Shown here: one piece after another, positions 1-11,529 of the stretch
Position numbering within the stretch: position 1 is the stretch's first letter
How the letters are laid out: each line of letters starts with the position of its first letter
Assembly: GCF_006345805.1 (NCBI RefSeq)
Contig: NC_042998.1
Location: forward strand, 82,150,001 to 82,214,000
Length of the DNA: 64,000 bases
Direction of reading: 5' to 3'
Source of the DNA: Octopus sinensis
Lineage: Eukaryota
The notes under the pieces: generated by a model
What the model saw: the letters and a program-made list of their open reading frames with translations, nothing else
Told to the model about the DNA's origin: nothing
The model's database searches: none
Program-made: the position numbers and the translations under genes

Positions 1-59
<59 letters not shown>
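1..59. repeat. (CA)n(TA)n compound microsatellite
   Basis: Direct reading of the sequence. Confidence 0.95.
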
Positions 60-63
<4 letters not shown>

Positions 64-68
64 TAATA

Positions 69-770
69 CAGGGTGCGGTGAATATACAGTCGCCTAAATT
101 ACGCAAAACGAAGATAGCTCTGGCATCTAATTTTAACAGATGATATATTTACGAAAGTTACATGAAAATATGCTGAAATACTAAACAGTAACTTGTTCAC
201 TATAATAGCCATTAGCTTCAACCACGGCCTCCAGATGACTTTGGAATCTCCTGCATCTCTTCTAGACCGTCTCCTTATTTAAATCGGTGAATCCTGCCAT
301 AATCCTTGGCTTCAGTTCATATTTTCTTTTACGAGGAATTTTGTTGGTTTCTCGCTCAACTGCGCCCCTAACATAATACTCAAGGAGGTTAAGGTCTAGA
401 GAGTTAGGTGGCTTGATGTTAGGGGTGATGTGGTCGCAAAAATTGTCTGAAACCAATGACTGGGTTCTCCTGCTTGTGTGGCATGGTGCAGAGTGCAGTT
501 GCCAGACATAGATTCTTCCAGCAGCCACCCTCTTTACTCAGGGGAGTACTACTTCCTCCAGGCACTTCATGTCGGCCTCCTTGTTGAGTTTGAGGCCATG
601 TGGGAAGACGAATGGAGGCATAGCGTTACTGTCACTAGCGGGGTCACTCCAAAACACCATGATGTTCACTGGATGTTTAATTGTTTCAACATCTCGGTAC
701 ATGTCCTCAGATTGCACTGTCCACAGATTGACACTCAAACACTCTGAAATGTCCGTATTAGAGCTTCTGG
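69..770 (-). mobile_element. Tc1/mariner maT-type (DD37D) transposon remnant, 3' half with one TIR end
   Basis: Minus-strand frames give KHPVNIMVF..MPPFVFPHGL, VWQLHSAPCHTS (for QDSAPCH) and KPPNSLDLNLLEYYVRG (for WPPNSPDLNPLDYYVWG), with 37 residues between the 2nd and 3rd catalytic positions. The element ends in TA|CAGGGTG at 67-75. Confidence 0.8.
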
Positions 771-816
771 CGCGAATGCTAAGCAGGCAAATTTATAACG
801 TTTTATTATCATCACT

Positions 817-850
<34 letters not shown>

Positions 851-926
851 CGCGCGCGTGTGTGTGTGTATGTGTGTGTGTGTGTGTGTGTGGTGTGTGT
901 GTGTGTGCGCGCGCGCGCGTGTGTGT

Positions 927-962
<36 letters not shown>
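817..962. repeat. (TG)n-(CG)n-(TG)n compound microsatellite, block present twice
   Basis: Nearly uninterrupted purine-pyrimidine alternation with two (CG)n cores. Confidence 0.9.
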
Positions 963-965
<3 letters not shown>

Positions 966-2144
966 ATATTCTCTTATTTAAATCTGCCCACTTCGAAGAA
1001 ATTCACCAATTACAAGATGACAGTGCTGTTGCAATATTACAAACTGATTATTAAATGCTTGAAAAAATACAAAAGCAATTATAAGCGTCAACAGTTATTA
1101 ATCTCTGCAGGGAGACCGTAAATTAGCCTAATGCTAATGATCATTAAATATTAAATGCAGCCTTCCTTTTATTTTACGTTGTATCTTAATTTTTTATTTT
1201 TGTGTTTTCATTGTATTTTTTTATTAACAATTACCATTAGATTTTCTCATTAGCATTTACAATGATCTTTGCATAATTGCTTTTCCCCAAAATTACTTGC
1301 CAGTAAAGTAGGGATTATAAAGCAATGTTTTGTCAGCCTTATTACTTCTTGCAAATGTAGTTTCGTGACTTCTGTAGTCTCTTTTGTTCTAAAATATGGA
1401 AACATTTTGTTCTTAGATTTTGAATATTCTACACCTGATAAAAATTCAAAGTTTGCTGAAAAATGTGCGTTTATTTATTATGTCCTCTGATTTTATCATC
1501 ATATATGTCTAATTAAAGCTTCAAAACTGTATCAAAATTAACAATTCAAGAATATAAATTCTGTAATTTAGTGAGTTTCTTTTCGAATTTATATGCTGTA
1601 TTCACATATTTGATCAAGTGCATTTAAATAATACAGTGAAAATATTCTGTTTCGAAACTTGCCACAAAAAAATTAAATATAGAAATAAAACGAGTTACCA
1701 AAACTAACTGAAAGTTAGTATCAGTTCTTGTTAATTAATGGTTTGAAAAGTTGAGACTGGATGAGAACACATTTGAATATAGAAAGAAAAATTATATTTC
1801 CAGTATATGAACATAGGTAATTATAAGTTTATCGCCTAAGTTTGTTAATCATGCATATGTACACACTAAAGATATTTGTCTCTAAAGAAGAACTGAATAC
1901 ACAAATGAGACGTTGTATATTTCATTATTTATAATGGACAAATTTGCAAAAGCCTTAGACTACGGAAGAGGCTCACATCGTATCGAATGCGGTATAAAGA
2001 CTCAAATTAGTGTTCATCTGACTTCTATTACCAAACTCTATGATTATTGCCACACACACACACACATACACACACATACACACATACACACACACACAAG
2101 CACACACACACACATAAAGAGATTTGTGTATGTATATATATTGT

Positions 2145-2612
2145 TTCTTTTATTCCTTTACTCGTTTCAGTCATTTGACTACAGCCATGCTGGAGCACCG
2201 CCTTGAAAGGATTTAGTCGAATAAATCAACCACAGGACTTATTTTTAAAACGTAGTATTTATTCTATCGGCCTCTGTTGCCCAACTGCTAGGTAACTTAG
2301 ATGTAAAGACATCAACACACTGGTTGTCAAGCGGTGATGGTGGAACAAACGCAGGCACAAAATACATGTATTTATATATACATTATATATGCACATACAT
2401 ACATGCATAAATTCCTACATATACGCACACACAAACGCACACATATATATGTATGACGGGCTTCTTTCAGTTTCCGCCTACCAAATCCACTCACAAGGCT
2501 TTGGTCTGCACGAGCAAATAGAAGACAGTTGCTCAAGGTGCCACGCAGAGGGACTGAACCCAGAACCATGTGATTGGGAAGCAAGATTCTTACCACATAG
2601 TCACGCTTGCGC
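2145..2612 (-). mobile_element. tRNA-derived SINE, family B, full length
   Basis: Reverse complement of the head TGGCTGTGTGG...GGTTCAGTCCC (A/B-box-like), the body GCCTTGTGAGTGGATTTGGTAG, an internal TA/TG tract and the tail CAGCATGGC..GTCAAATGACTGAAAC; repeated throughout the window. Confidence 0.85.
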
Positions 2613-3056
2613 CTATAAGAATAGCACTCATATTTGTCAATACAAGATTGATTCTAGATCAAATGTACTTGAGATATAATCGAGTTCGTAAGAAGGCCAC
2701 TCACTGTCTAGTTGTAGGCAAATAGGTGTCAATATACCGAGCCAGTACCCAGCTGACGCTGAATAATTAGACGCTGACTGCAGCAACCAGGCATTAAACG
2801 ATAATGGGAATATGAGAAGTGGGACCTGTCACTTGTGTCATTTCACAACGCCTGACTTTCCCGTCTCTGTTGCTGGAGAGGAGATTACCGCTCCGAAATG
2901 AACCTCATAATTTACTTAGTGTGGCTTTGAGCAGATTCGGTGCTTTTACACCATTTGTCTACAGCGAGAAATTTTCTCCATAACAAAATACAACAAATGT
3001 TTTTTTTTTTACGAGATCGAGTGTGCCGCATTTGAACTCGTAACAAGTTATATATA

Positions 3057-4562
3057 AACTGAACCACAAAACAAACGTCACACACATACTAAATAGAAAC
3101 CGGCTTATTAAGAAACTGCCGTAGCAGTCATTGAACAGTATTAATTTTAAAAACCGTTCTTTCCTAATGATAAAACGTCATTTCCTGAAACATGTTTGAC
3201 GTCATATGGTGTCACGTGATGACGGAGTGTCCTAGATCCACAGAGATGAACTCAATATCTCATGTAACCACCGTTAGCGTTAATTACCGCCAGGTATCTT
3301 CTGTACATTAAATGCACCAAACGATTGATGAAAGCCATGGGGATAGTAGCCCACACTGTTAAAACTTGCAGTGAGTTGCGCCGCAGTTGTCGGCCTTGGA
3401 CGGATGTCATTTAGCTGTCTTTGGATTTCGTCCCACAGATGCTCTATGGGCTTCAAGTCCGGAATTCAGGTAGGCCATGGCAATCTTTGGATGTTGTGCT
3501 GTTGGAGGAAGTCTGTTGTCAATTAGCAGTATGGATACTGGCATTGCCGTGTTGGTACACTTGATTCCGATGACGGGCAAAGTATGACACAATGTGAGGC
3601 CTCAACACTTGGTCCATGTAGCAAGCAGCAGCTTCCCCATTGCACAGGCCTTGGCCGATGGTTGGAAAGGCAACTGGTCCAAGTTTCTGGTTGAGTGTAA
3701 TCCCGCCCCTTACCACGACGCTCTGTTCTACTCACGAGTCTCTCTCCAGCACAAAGTCATCAGCATGGGATTCACTCCTTTTTCTCCAAACCCTAGATTT
3801 GCTATCTGCTACAGTAAGCAATATTGATCTTCGTCTCAGAAAAGACTAGTCCTCCAATGCAGATATCGCCAGTTCTGACGTTCTTGAGCCCACTGCAGAT
3901 GTGCCCGTCAATGACGATCTTAGAGGATGGGGCCTCTAGCCGAACGTCGACAAGGCAGATTGAAAGATTTCCACCGGCGGCGAACTGTCCCTGAACTAAT
4001 GGGTCTGTGGTGTGTCCTTATGTTCTGCCTAGTTGATTCCGTCGCCCTCCAAAATCGGTCCTGCAAGTGTTGTCGGTGTAGGTGGCGACCTTCACGTGTC
4101 GTTGTATCTCTCGGTCGACCACTCCGTGGATGATCATCCGTATTGATTGTGGCATTGTATCGTTCCCTCAGCCAATCAATTGTCCGAATACTGCAGTTCA
4201 AGCCATTAGCTATGGCACATGGACTTGACCAGCACGATAACGTCCGATGGCTTGTTCCCTTTGATTTCGTGTCAGTCTAGGTATGCATGCTGCGTTCGGA
4301 AAACGTATGACAGGCAGATAAATTTGGGAGCATTTTATTCCCGTGCATCATGCTTTTTATACTGACGCGTTCGCGAGCAATACTACGTTCACTAAAAGTG
4401 AGCAAGTTCGAGCCCTACATGCAATTTCAAAAGAGAATGGTGTTTTGGGTCAGTGACATCATCCTGACATCATCTAGAAACGTAATGAAATCCATGTAAT
4501 TTCAATATCATGTGTGAAACAAATGATCTTTTACAGTGCGACGTTTCTTTTGTAGTCCACTA
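3057..4562 (-). mobile_element. Degenerate full-length Tc1-like (DD34E) transposon with TIRs and TA target sites
   Basis: Translations: RSGRPRDTTTREGRHL..ISSGTVRRR (HTH), VFF*DED, YQHGNA, WPT*IPDLKPIEHLWDEIQ, NGGYMRY. The 27-bp TIRs at 3057-3083 and 4536-4562 match at 21/27, and both are flanked by TA. Many stops and frameshifts. Confidence 0.85.
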
Positions 4563-4566
4563 TATA

Positions 4567-4796
4567 CAGGGTTGGCCAAAAGTCACCCGACAGTAAATAA
4601 AAATTCCATAAATGCTATTTGTAATTCTATGTTGACTCGAATGGGGAAATGTGTAGCTCAAGAAAATCTTTAGTTTGAACAATTTTCATGATGTTTCATA
4701 TTTTGTGCTTTTATTTAATACATTCAGTTGTTAGACATAAATAAATCTTGGAATTAAATGGCTTTGATTTACTTTGAGGTGACTTTTGGCCAACCC

Positions 4797-4798
<2 letters not shown>
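4567..4798. mobile_element. Tc1/mariner-derived MITE (~232 bp)
   Basis: Perfect 20-bp inverted repeat AGGGTTGGCCAAAAGTCACC (4568-4587 / 4778-4797), starts TA|CAGGG, no coding capacity. Confidence 0.85.
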
Positions 4799-4877
<79 letters not shown>

Positions 4878-4890
4878 ATATGTATGTGTG

Positions 4891-4982
<92 letters not shown>

Positions 4983-5187
4983 GTTAATCCAAACAAGAAA
5001 ACACAAAAAAAAAACACAACAACGCGAGGACGTGGAACAAATATAGTATTATTGGACGCTCAGGAAAGAAGGAGGGTTTAACGTTTCGACCGGAGCTCTT
5101 CGTCGGAAACATAGGAGAAGGAAAGATCCAGAGAAGGGAAGACAGAGGGAAAAAATCGCCAACGGTACACACGCGGTCACATTTTAA
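4983..5187 (-). mobile_element. Short HHR-bearing retroelement family X, copy 1 (Penelope pLTR/retrozyme-like), in (TA)n
   Basis: Homologous to 21163-21340 and 30013-30220; shares the (TA)n-GTTAATCCAAACAAG junction. Confidence 0.75.
5076..5110 (-). ncRNA. Minimal type I hammerhead-like fold (family X)
   Basis: Minus strand: GTTT-CCGACGA-A-GAGC tcc GGTC-GAA-ACGT-T-AAAC; one mismatch in helix II. Confidence 0.55.
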
Positions 5188-5267
5188 ATATATATATATA
5201 TATGTATAGAGAGAGAGAGAGAGGGAGAGAGGGAGAGAGAGAGGGAGAGAGAGAGGGAGAGGGAGAG

Positions 5268-5430
5268 AGCAGAATCGTTAGCACTGCGGGCAAAATGGTT
5301 TGCGGCATTTCGTCTGCTTTTACTTTCCCAGTTCAAATTACGCTTAACCCTACTTTGTATCGACTCCGGTAGAAATAACCAACTTCTGAACACTGGGGGA
5401 CGATGTTATCTACTTCGACATTTCCCTCGA
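5268..5430 (+). mobile_element. tRNA-derived SINE family A, degraded
   Basis: GCAGAATCGTTAGCAC...GTTCAAATT head, as in other copies (e.g. 36216). Confidence 0.65.
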
Positions 5431-5517
5431 AATTGCTAGCCTTTTGGCAAAAACTGCTATCTTTCTGTCTGTCTGTCTGTCTCTGTCTGTCTCTATCTCT
5501 CTGTCTCTCTGTCTCTG

Positions 5518-5599
<82 letters not shown>

Positions 5600-5602
5600 T
5601 AG

Positions 5603-5667
<65 letters not shown>

Positions 5668-6244
5668 TTGCAAATCAAATCCCCCTATTTTAACAATTTT
5701 AAATGTCAGAGGAATAATTTTCACTTTGCTATAATAGTTTTCTGTCGCGAGATGGCCTTGGAAATAGATTTTGATCAGGACTTCGTAACATTTGTTGAAG
5801 CAATAAGCCTGGTTATCAAAATAAACTGCTAAACCAATCGTTAATTTTCCTATAAGTATGTTCAAATTCTCTTAATTGTTGGTAATTATTGTCTTACATA
5901 TAGAATTATATTATGTTGCTTTACTCAGATCATATTTGAATCTTAAAGTATTACTTGTGAATGTATACGTTGTTCAGTTAGATGTTATTGGTACCCCTAT
6001 ATTATAGTGCCAATATATTACAAAAATAGGTATTTTGGCGGTATTTGTATCTTGTTTACGGCTGGAGATTTTGTATAATAAATTCTAATTACTTTCCAAA
6101 ACATTGATATTATAGAAACGTATATTTTGTGCATCAAGAAAAGTTTACATTACCACCTAAAGAGATTGTATGCTTACACTGATCTAACCAAGCAGTTTCC
6201 TAGCGAGATAAAAGCTGAAGAAAGCATATGAAATCTTAGCAATA

Positions 6245-6685
6245 ATCCTTTCTACTATAGGCATAACGCTTTGCTTTTCTGGAGGGATCATCACATCAAC
6301 CCCAATATTCAACTGGTACTTAATTTATCGATCCTGATAGGATACAAAGCAAGGTCGTCCTCAGCGAAATTTGAACTTAGAAGATAGCAGCAGAAGAAAT
6401 ACCCTAAGCACTTCGCCCGATGTGCTAACGATTCTGCCAGCTCATCGGCTTTGAAAACTTAATAATAATCTCTCCTAATATAGGCACAATGCCTGAAATT
6501 TGGCGGGAGGGGGCTTCAGTCGATTAGTTCGACCCCAATACGCATATGGTACTTAATTCATCGACCCCGAAAGGATGAAATGCAAAGTTGACCTCAGAGA
6601 AATTTTATCCCAGAACATAGCGAATGGCGAAATACCGCTAAGCATTTCGTCCAGCGTGCTAAAGATTCGCCAAGCTCACTGCCAG
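6245..6685 (-). mobile_element. Two tandem SINE family A copies (6245-6450, 6465-6685)
   Basis: Reverse complement of GAGCTGGCAGAATCGTTAGCAC and TTTCATCCTTTCGGGGTCGA motifs. Confidence 0.8.
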
Positions 6686-6974
6686 TGAAAACTCAGTAAT
6701 AATGAAAGCAGATGAGATTAGTTCCCGAACAAAGGAGGTAAAGGAGAGGGTCATGGATGAGTAAGGACACGGGAAGACTTTGTGGTATTAGGAAAAATTA
6801 GAAGGTTTAGCATGTAAAATTTGATAATATTGATAATATTTGATAATAGGTTCAATCTTTGATATGCATAATAATGGACTTATAGATTTCTTGTTATTTC
6901 ATTATACTTTGGCAAATACGTTTTCCCCAGAGGACGATTGCTGTAACAAAAGAATGTAGGAAAAGACTATACTA

Positions 6975-7185
6975 TAGGTGTAGAAGTGGTTGTGTGGTAA
7001 GCAACTTGTTTAACAACCACATAGCCCCGCATTCCTTGGGCGAGTGTCTTCTACTGGAGCCTCGGGCGAAGCAAAGCCTTGTGAGTGGATTTAGTAGGCG
7101 GAAACTGAAACAAGCCCGTCGTATATATATATACGACGTATATGGCCGTAGCATGGCCGTAGCTCTGAGCTGAAACTAGAAAAAA
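6975..7185 (+). mobile_element. SINE family B, internally deleted
   Basis: Head and body through GCCCGTCG, then jumps to a GCATGGCCG..CTGAAAC tail remnant. Confidence 0.75.
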
Positions 7186-7187
7186 AA

Positions 7188-7233
<46 letters not shown>

Positions 7234-7261
7234 AGGTATATATACATATAGACATACATAT

Positions 7262-7385
<124 letters not shown>

Positions 7386-7964
7386 TTGCAAATCAAATCC
7401 CCCTATTTTAACAATTTTAAATGTCAGAGGAATAATTTTCACTTTGCTATAATAGTTTTCTGTCGCGAGATGGCCTTGGAAATAGATTTTGATCAGGACT
7501 TCGTAACATTTGTTGAAGCAATAAGCCTGGTTATCAAAATAAACTGCTAAACCAATCGTTAATTTTCCTATAAGTATGTTCAAATTCTCTTAATTGTTGG
7601 TAATTATTGTCTTACATATAGAATTATATTATGTTGCTTTACTCAGATCATATTTGAATCTTAAAGTATTACTTGTGAATGTATACGTTGTTCAGTTAGA
7701 TGTTATTGGTACCCCTATATTATAGTGCCAATATATTACAAAAATAGGTATTTTGGCGGTATTTGTATCTTGTTTACGGCTGGAGATTTTGTATAATAAA
7801 TTCTAATTACTTTCCAAAACATTGATATTATAGAAACGTATATTTTGTGCATCAAAGAAAAGTTTACATTACCACCTAAAGAGATTGTATGCTTACACTG
7901 ATCTAACCAAGCAGTTTCCTAGCGAGATAAAAGCTGAAGAAAGCATATGAAATCTTAGCAATAA

Positions 7965-8405
7965 TCCTTTCTACTATAGGCATAACGCTTTGCTTTTCTG
8001 GAGGGATCATCACATCAACCCCAATATTCAACTGGTACTTAATTTATCGATCCTGATAGGATACAAAGCAAGGTCGTCCTCAGCGAAATTTGAACTTAGA
8101 AGATAGCAGCAGAAGAAATACCCTAAGCACTTCGCCCGATGTGCTAACGATTCTGCCAGCTCATCGGCTTTGAAAACTTAATAATAATCTCTCCTAATAT
8201 AGGCACAATGCCTGAAATTTGGCGGGAGGGGGCTTCAGTCGATTAGTTCGACCCCAATACGCATATGGTACTTAATTCATCGACCCCGAAAGGATGAAAT
8301 GCAAAGTTGACCTCAGAGAAATTTTATCCCAGAACATAGCGAATGGCGAAATACCGCTAAGCATTTCGTCCAGCGTGCTAAAGATTCGCCAAGCTCACTG
8401 CCAGT
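7965..8405 (-). mobile_element. Two tandem SINE family A copies (duplicate of 6245-6685)
   Basis: Same sequence as in the first unit of the tandem duplication. Confidence 0.8.
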
Positions 8406-8693
8406 GAAAACTCAGTAATAATGAAAGCAGATGAGATTAGTTCCCGAACAAAGGAGGTAAAGGAGAGGGTCATGGATGAGTAAGGACACGGGAAGACTTT
8501 GTGGTATTAGGAAAAATTAGAAGGTTTAGCATGTAAAATTTGATAATATTGATAATATTTGATAATAGGTTCAATCTTTGATATGCATAATAATGGACTT
8601 ATAGATTTCTTGTTATTTCATTATACTTTGGCAAATACGTTTTCCCCAGAGGACGATTGCTGTAACAAAAGAATGTAGGAAAAGACTATACTA

Positions 8694-8905
8694 TAGGTGT
8701 AGAAGTGGTTGTGTGGTAAGCAACTTGTTTAACAACCACATAGCCCCGCATTCCTTGGGCGAGTGTCTTCTACTGGAGCCTCGGGCGAAGCAAAGCCTTG
8801 TGAGTGGATTTAGTAGGCGGAAACTGAAACAAGCCCGTCGTATATATATATACGACGTATATGGCCGTAGCATGGCCGTAGCTCTGAGCTGAAACTAGAA
8901 AAAAA
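8694..8905 (+). mobile_element. SINE family B, internally deleted (duplicate of 6975-7185)
   Basis: Same sequence as in the first unit. Confidence 0.75.
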
Positions 8906-8906
8906 A

Positions 8907-8946
<40 letters not shown>

Positions 8947-8964
8947 AGGTATATATACATATAG

Positions 8965-9038
<74 letters not shown>

Positions 9039-9041
9039 GTA

Positions 9042-9460
9042 TGAGTGGCTGTGTGGTAAGTAGCTTGTTTACCAACCACATGGTTCCGGCTTCAGTCCCA
9101 CTGCGTGGCACCTTGGGCAAGTGTCTTCTACTATAGCCTCGGGCCGACCAAAGCCTTGTGAGTGGATTTGGTAGACGGAAACTGAAAGAAGCCCGTCGTA
9201 TATATGTATATATATATATATATATGTGTGTGTGCGTGTGTATGTTGTCCCCCTAGCATTGCTTGACAACCGATGCTGGTGTGTATACGTCCCCGTCACT
9301 TAGCGGTTCGGCAAAAGAGACCGATAGAATAACTACAGGGCTTACAAAAAGAATAAGTCCCGGGGTCGAGTTGCTCAATTAAAGGCGGTGCTCCAGCATG
9401 GCCGAAGTCAAATGACTGAAACAAGTAAAAGAATAAAAGAATAAAAGAATAAAAGAATAT
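9042..9460 (+). mobile_element. SINE family B, full length, with (AAAAGAAT)n tail
   Basis: GAGTGGCTGTGTGGTAAG head, complete body, internal TA/TG tract, tail repeats TAAAAGAA. Confidence 0.9.
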
Positions 9461-9570
9461 ATATATATATATATTTGAGAACTTCTTTTATCAGTCCTAT
9501 AAACCCTTTTGTTTCTATAAAATGAAACTAATATTATTTCTTGTTGTATATATATATATATATATATATA

Positions 9571-9895
9571 GAAATTCGGGGTGAGTACTTGATAATTATA
9601 AGCACCTGTGTATACCGTTTGGTGGTGTAGGTGGTGGAGTAAATTGATCAAAATAAAATAAAAACATGATGCGAAGGATTCAGCGGTACATATGTTTCGG
9701 GCCTTTATTAGACAGATTTATAACAATGCATAATGTATGTCTGTGGCCTTCTTCAGCCGCGCACAACAGCTTCCACAAGGACATGTGTTACATCAAAACT
9801 TCTTGGTTGGGGATGCAAATCCTCTCATTCACGTACGACATAATGCGGCAGCAGCATAGAGTTGAAGCGTCCATCTCTTTCTTCTCTCAATGTGG
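9571..9895 (-). mobile_element. ~325-nt HHR-bearing element between two (TA)n tracts
   Basis: Non-repetitive insert bounded on both sides by (TA)n; contains the hammerhead at 9683-9760. Confidence 0.65.
9683..9760 (-). ncRNA. Type I hammerhead ribozyme with canonical core
   Basis: Minus strand: helix I GCGG / CCGC; core CUGAAGA; helix II AGGCC...GGCCC extended by ACAGA/UCUGU; GAA; helix III ACAUAUGU (palindrome); cleavage triplet GUA. Confidence 0.8.
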
Positions 9896-9899
9896 ATAT

Positions 9900-9955
<56 letters not shown>

Positions 9956-10008
9956 TACATATATATATACATACATATACATATATATATATATATATTA
10001 TATATATA

Positions 10009-10058
<50 letters not shown>

Positions 10059-10171
10059 ATATATATATACACACACATATATATATATATATACAACAAG
10101 AAATAATATTTGTCTCTTTTTATAGAAACAAAAGGGTTTATGGGACTGATAAAAGAAGTGCTCAAATATAA

Positions 10172-11066
10172 ATAAGCATTTGTTATAGAACAAACAATAA
10201 ATTTGGGTCAACGACTTTACATACAACATCACCCCTCAAACATTTAATCATATATAAAAATCACTATGGTTCCCAAACATAAAAAAAATAATACAAATAC
10301 ATAAAATCACAGAAGGTAAAAATATATAATCGAATAAAATACAAATAGAACTGCCAATCAGAATGTTAAATATAAACGTCTAAAAATTCAAAACTACCAA
10401 AATACCTAATAGACAAATATAAAATAAGTGGAGGTAGAAATAAAATAAAATAAAATAAATGTCCACCACCTAAAATAGTTTTAACAGACGATTAAAATAT
10501 AAAAAAAATTGCTTTTTTAAAAAAGTTCTTGAAAATATTTTTGAAAAATATCTTTTACTACCCTCATACAAGTACGTCCAAAAGTTCATAAGCAGATTTC
10601 ATGTCAAATTCAACATTCACATACATATCTATGGCCATTTCGGTAACCCACCACCGCAGTTTATTTACACTAAAGTGTATCACGGCGATGACTCCCACCT
10701 CATAAGTATGAATAGGAAACAGGAGACACGCGCAGATCAAAATATTTTAATCGACTGATAAACTTTTTTAGTTGGTAGACATTTATATTATTTTATTTTT
10801 ATCTTTACTTATTATATATTTCTCTATTAGGTTTGTTGGTAGTTTTGAATTTTTAGCCGTGTATATTTAACTTTTTCATAGGCTGTTCTATTTGTATTTT
10901 ATTCGATTATATGTTTTTACCTTCGGTGATTTCATGTATTTGTATTATGTTTTATATGTTTGGAAAGAACCATGGGGATTTTTATATACGATCAAATGTT
11001 TGAGGGGTGGTGCTGTATGTAAAGACGTTGACCCAGATTTAATGCTTGTTCTATAACCAATGCTTC
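10172..11066. mobile_element. Foldback/MITE-like element with ~330-bp inverted arms (10172-10500 / 10741-11066)
   Basis: E.g. TTTGGGTCAACGACTTTACATACAACATCACCCCTCAAACATTT is the near-reverse-complement of AAATGTTTGAGGGGTGGTGCTGTATGTAAAGACGTTGACCCAGA; ~240-bp spacer. Confidence 0.75.
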
Positions 11067-11084
11067 TTTATATATATATTTGTG

Positions 11085-11355
11085 TGTGTGTGTGTGTGTG
11101 TGCGTGTGTATATATATATGAGTATGTATGTATGAATGTATGCGTATATGTTTGTGTGTCTGTTTGTCCCCCCAACCTCACTTGACAACCGATGCCGGTG
11201 CGTTTACGTCCTCGTTACAAATCGGTTCGGCAAAAGGTACCGATAAAATAAATACTAGGCTTACAAAGAATAAGTCCTGGGATCGATTTGCTCGACTAAG
11301 TGCGATGCTCCAGCATGGCTGCAGTCAAAAATAGCTGAAACAAATAAAAGAATAA
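11085..11355 (+). mobile_element. SINE family B, 3' half
   Basis: CTTGACAACCGATGCCGGTG...CAGCATGGCTGCAGTCAAA tail motifs. Confidence 0.75.
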
Positions 11356-11494
11356 TGACTATAGCAGAGAATGCATACTGATCGACTGAATACTTTTGTT
11401 GGGCCGTTGGTCGGAGAACGTTCCACACACAGCGTGACCGGAAAACCACAAGTTTAGCTGAGTCGCTTTAATACAATATATTTTTCAGTCCCTG

Positions 11495-11529
<35 letters not shown>

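Larger units (their letters stand above)
9471..10169. repeat. 80-bp inverted repeat (9471-9550 / 10090-10169)
   Basis: 5 mismatches in 80 bp by manual alignment; encloses (TA)n, the HHR element and (TA)n. Confidence 0.9.
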
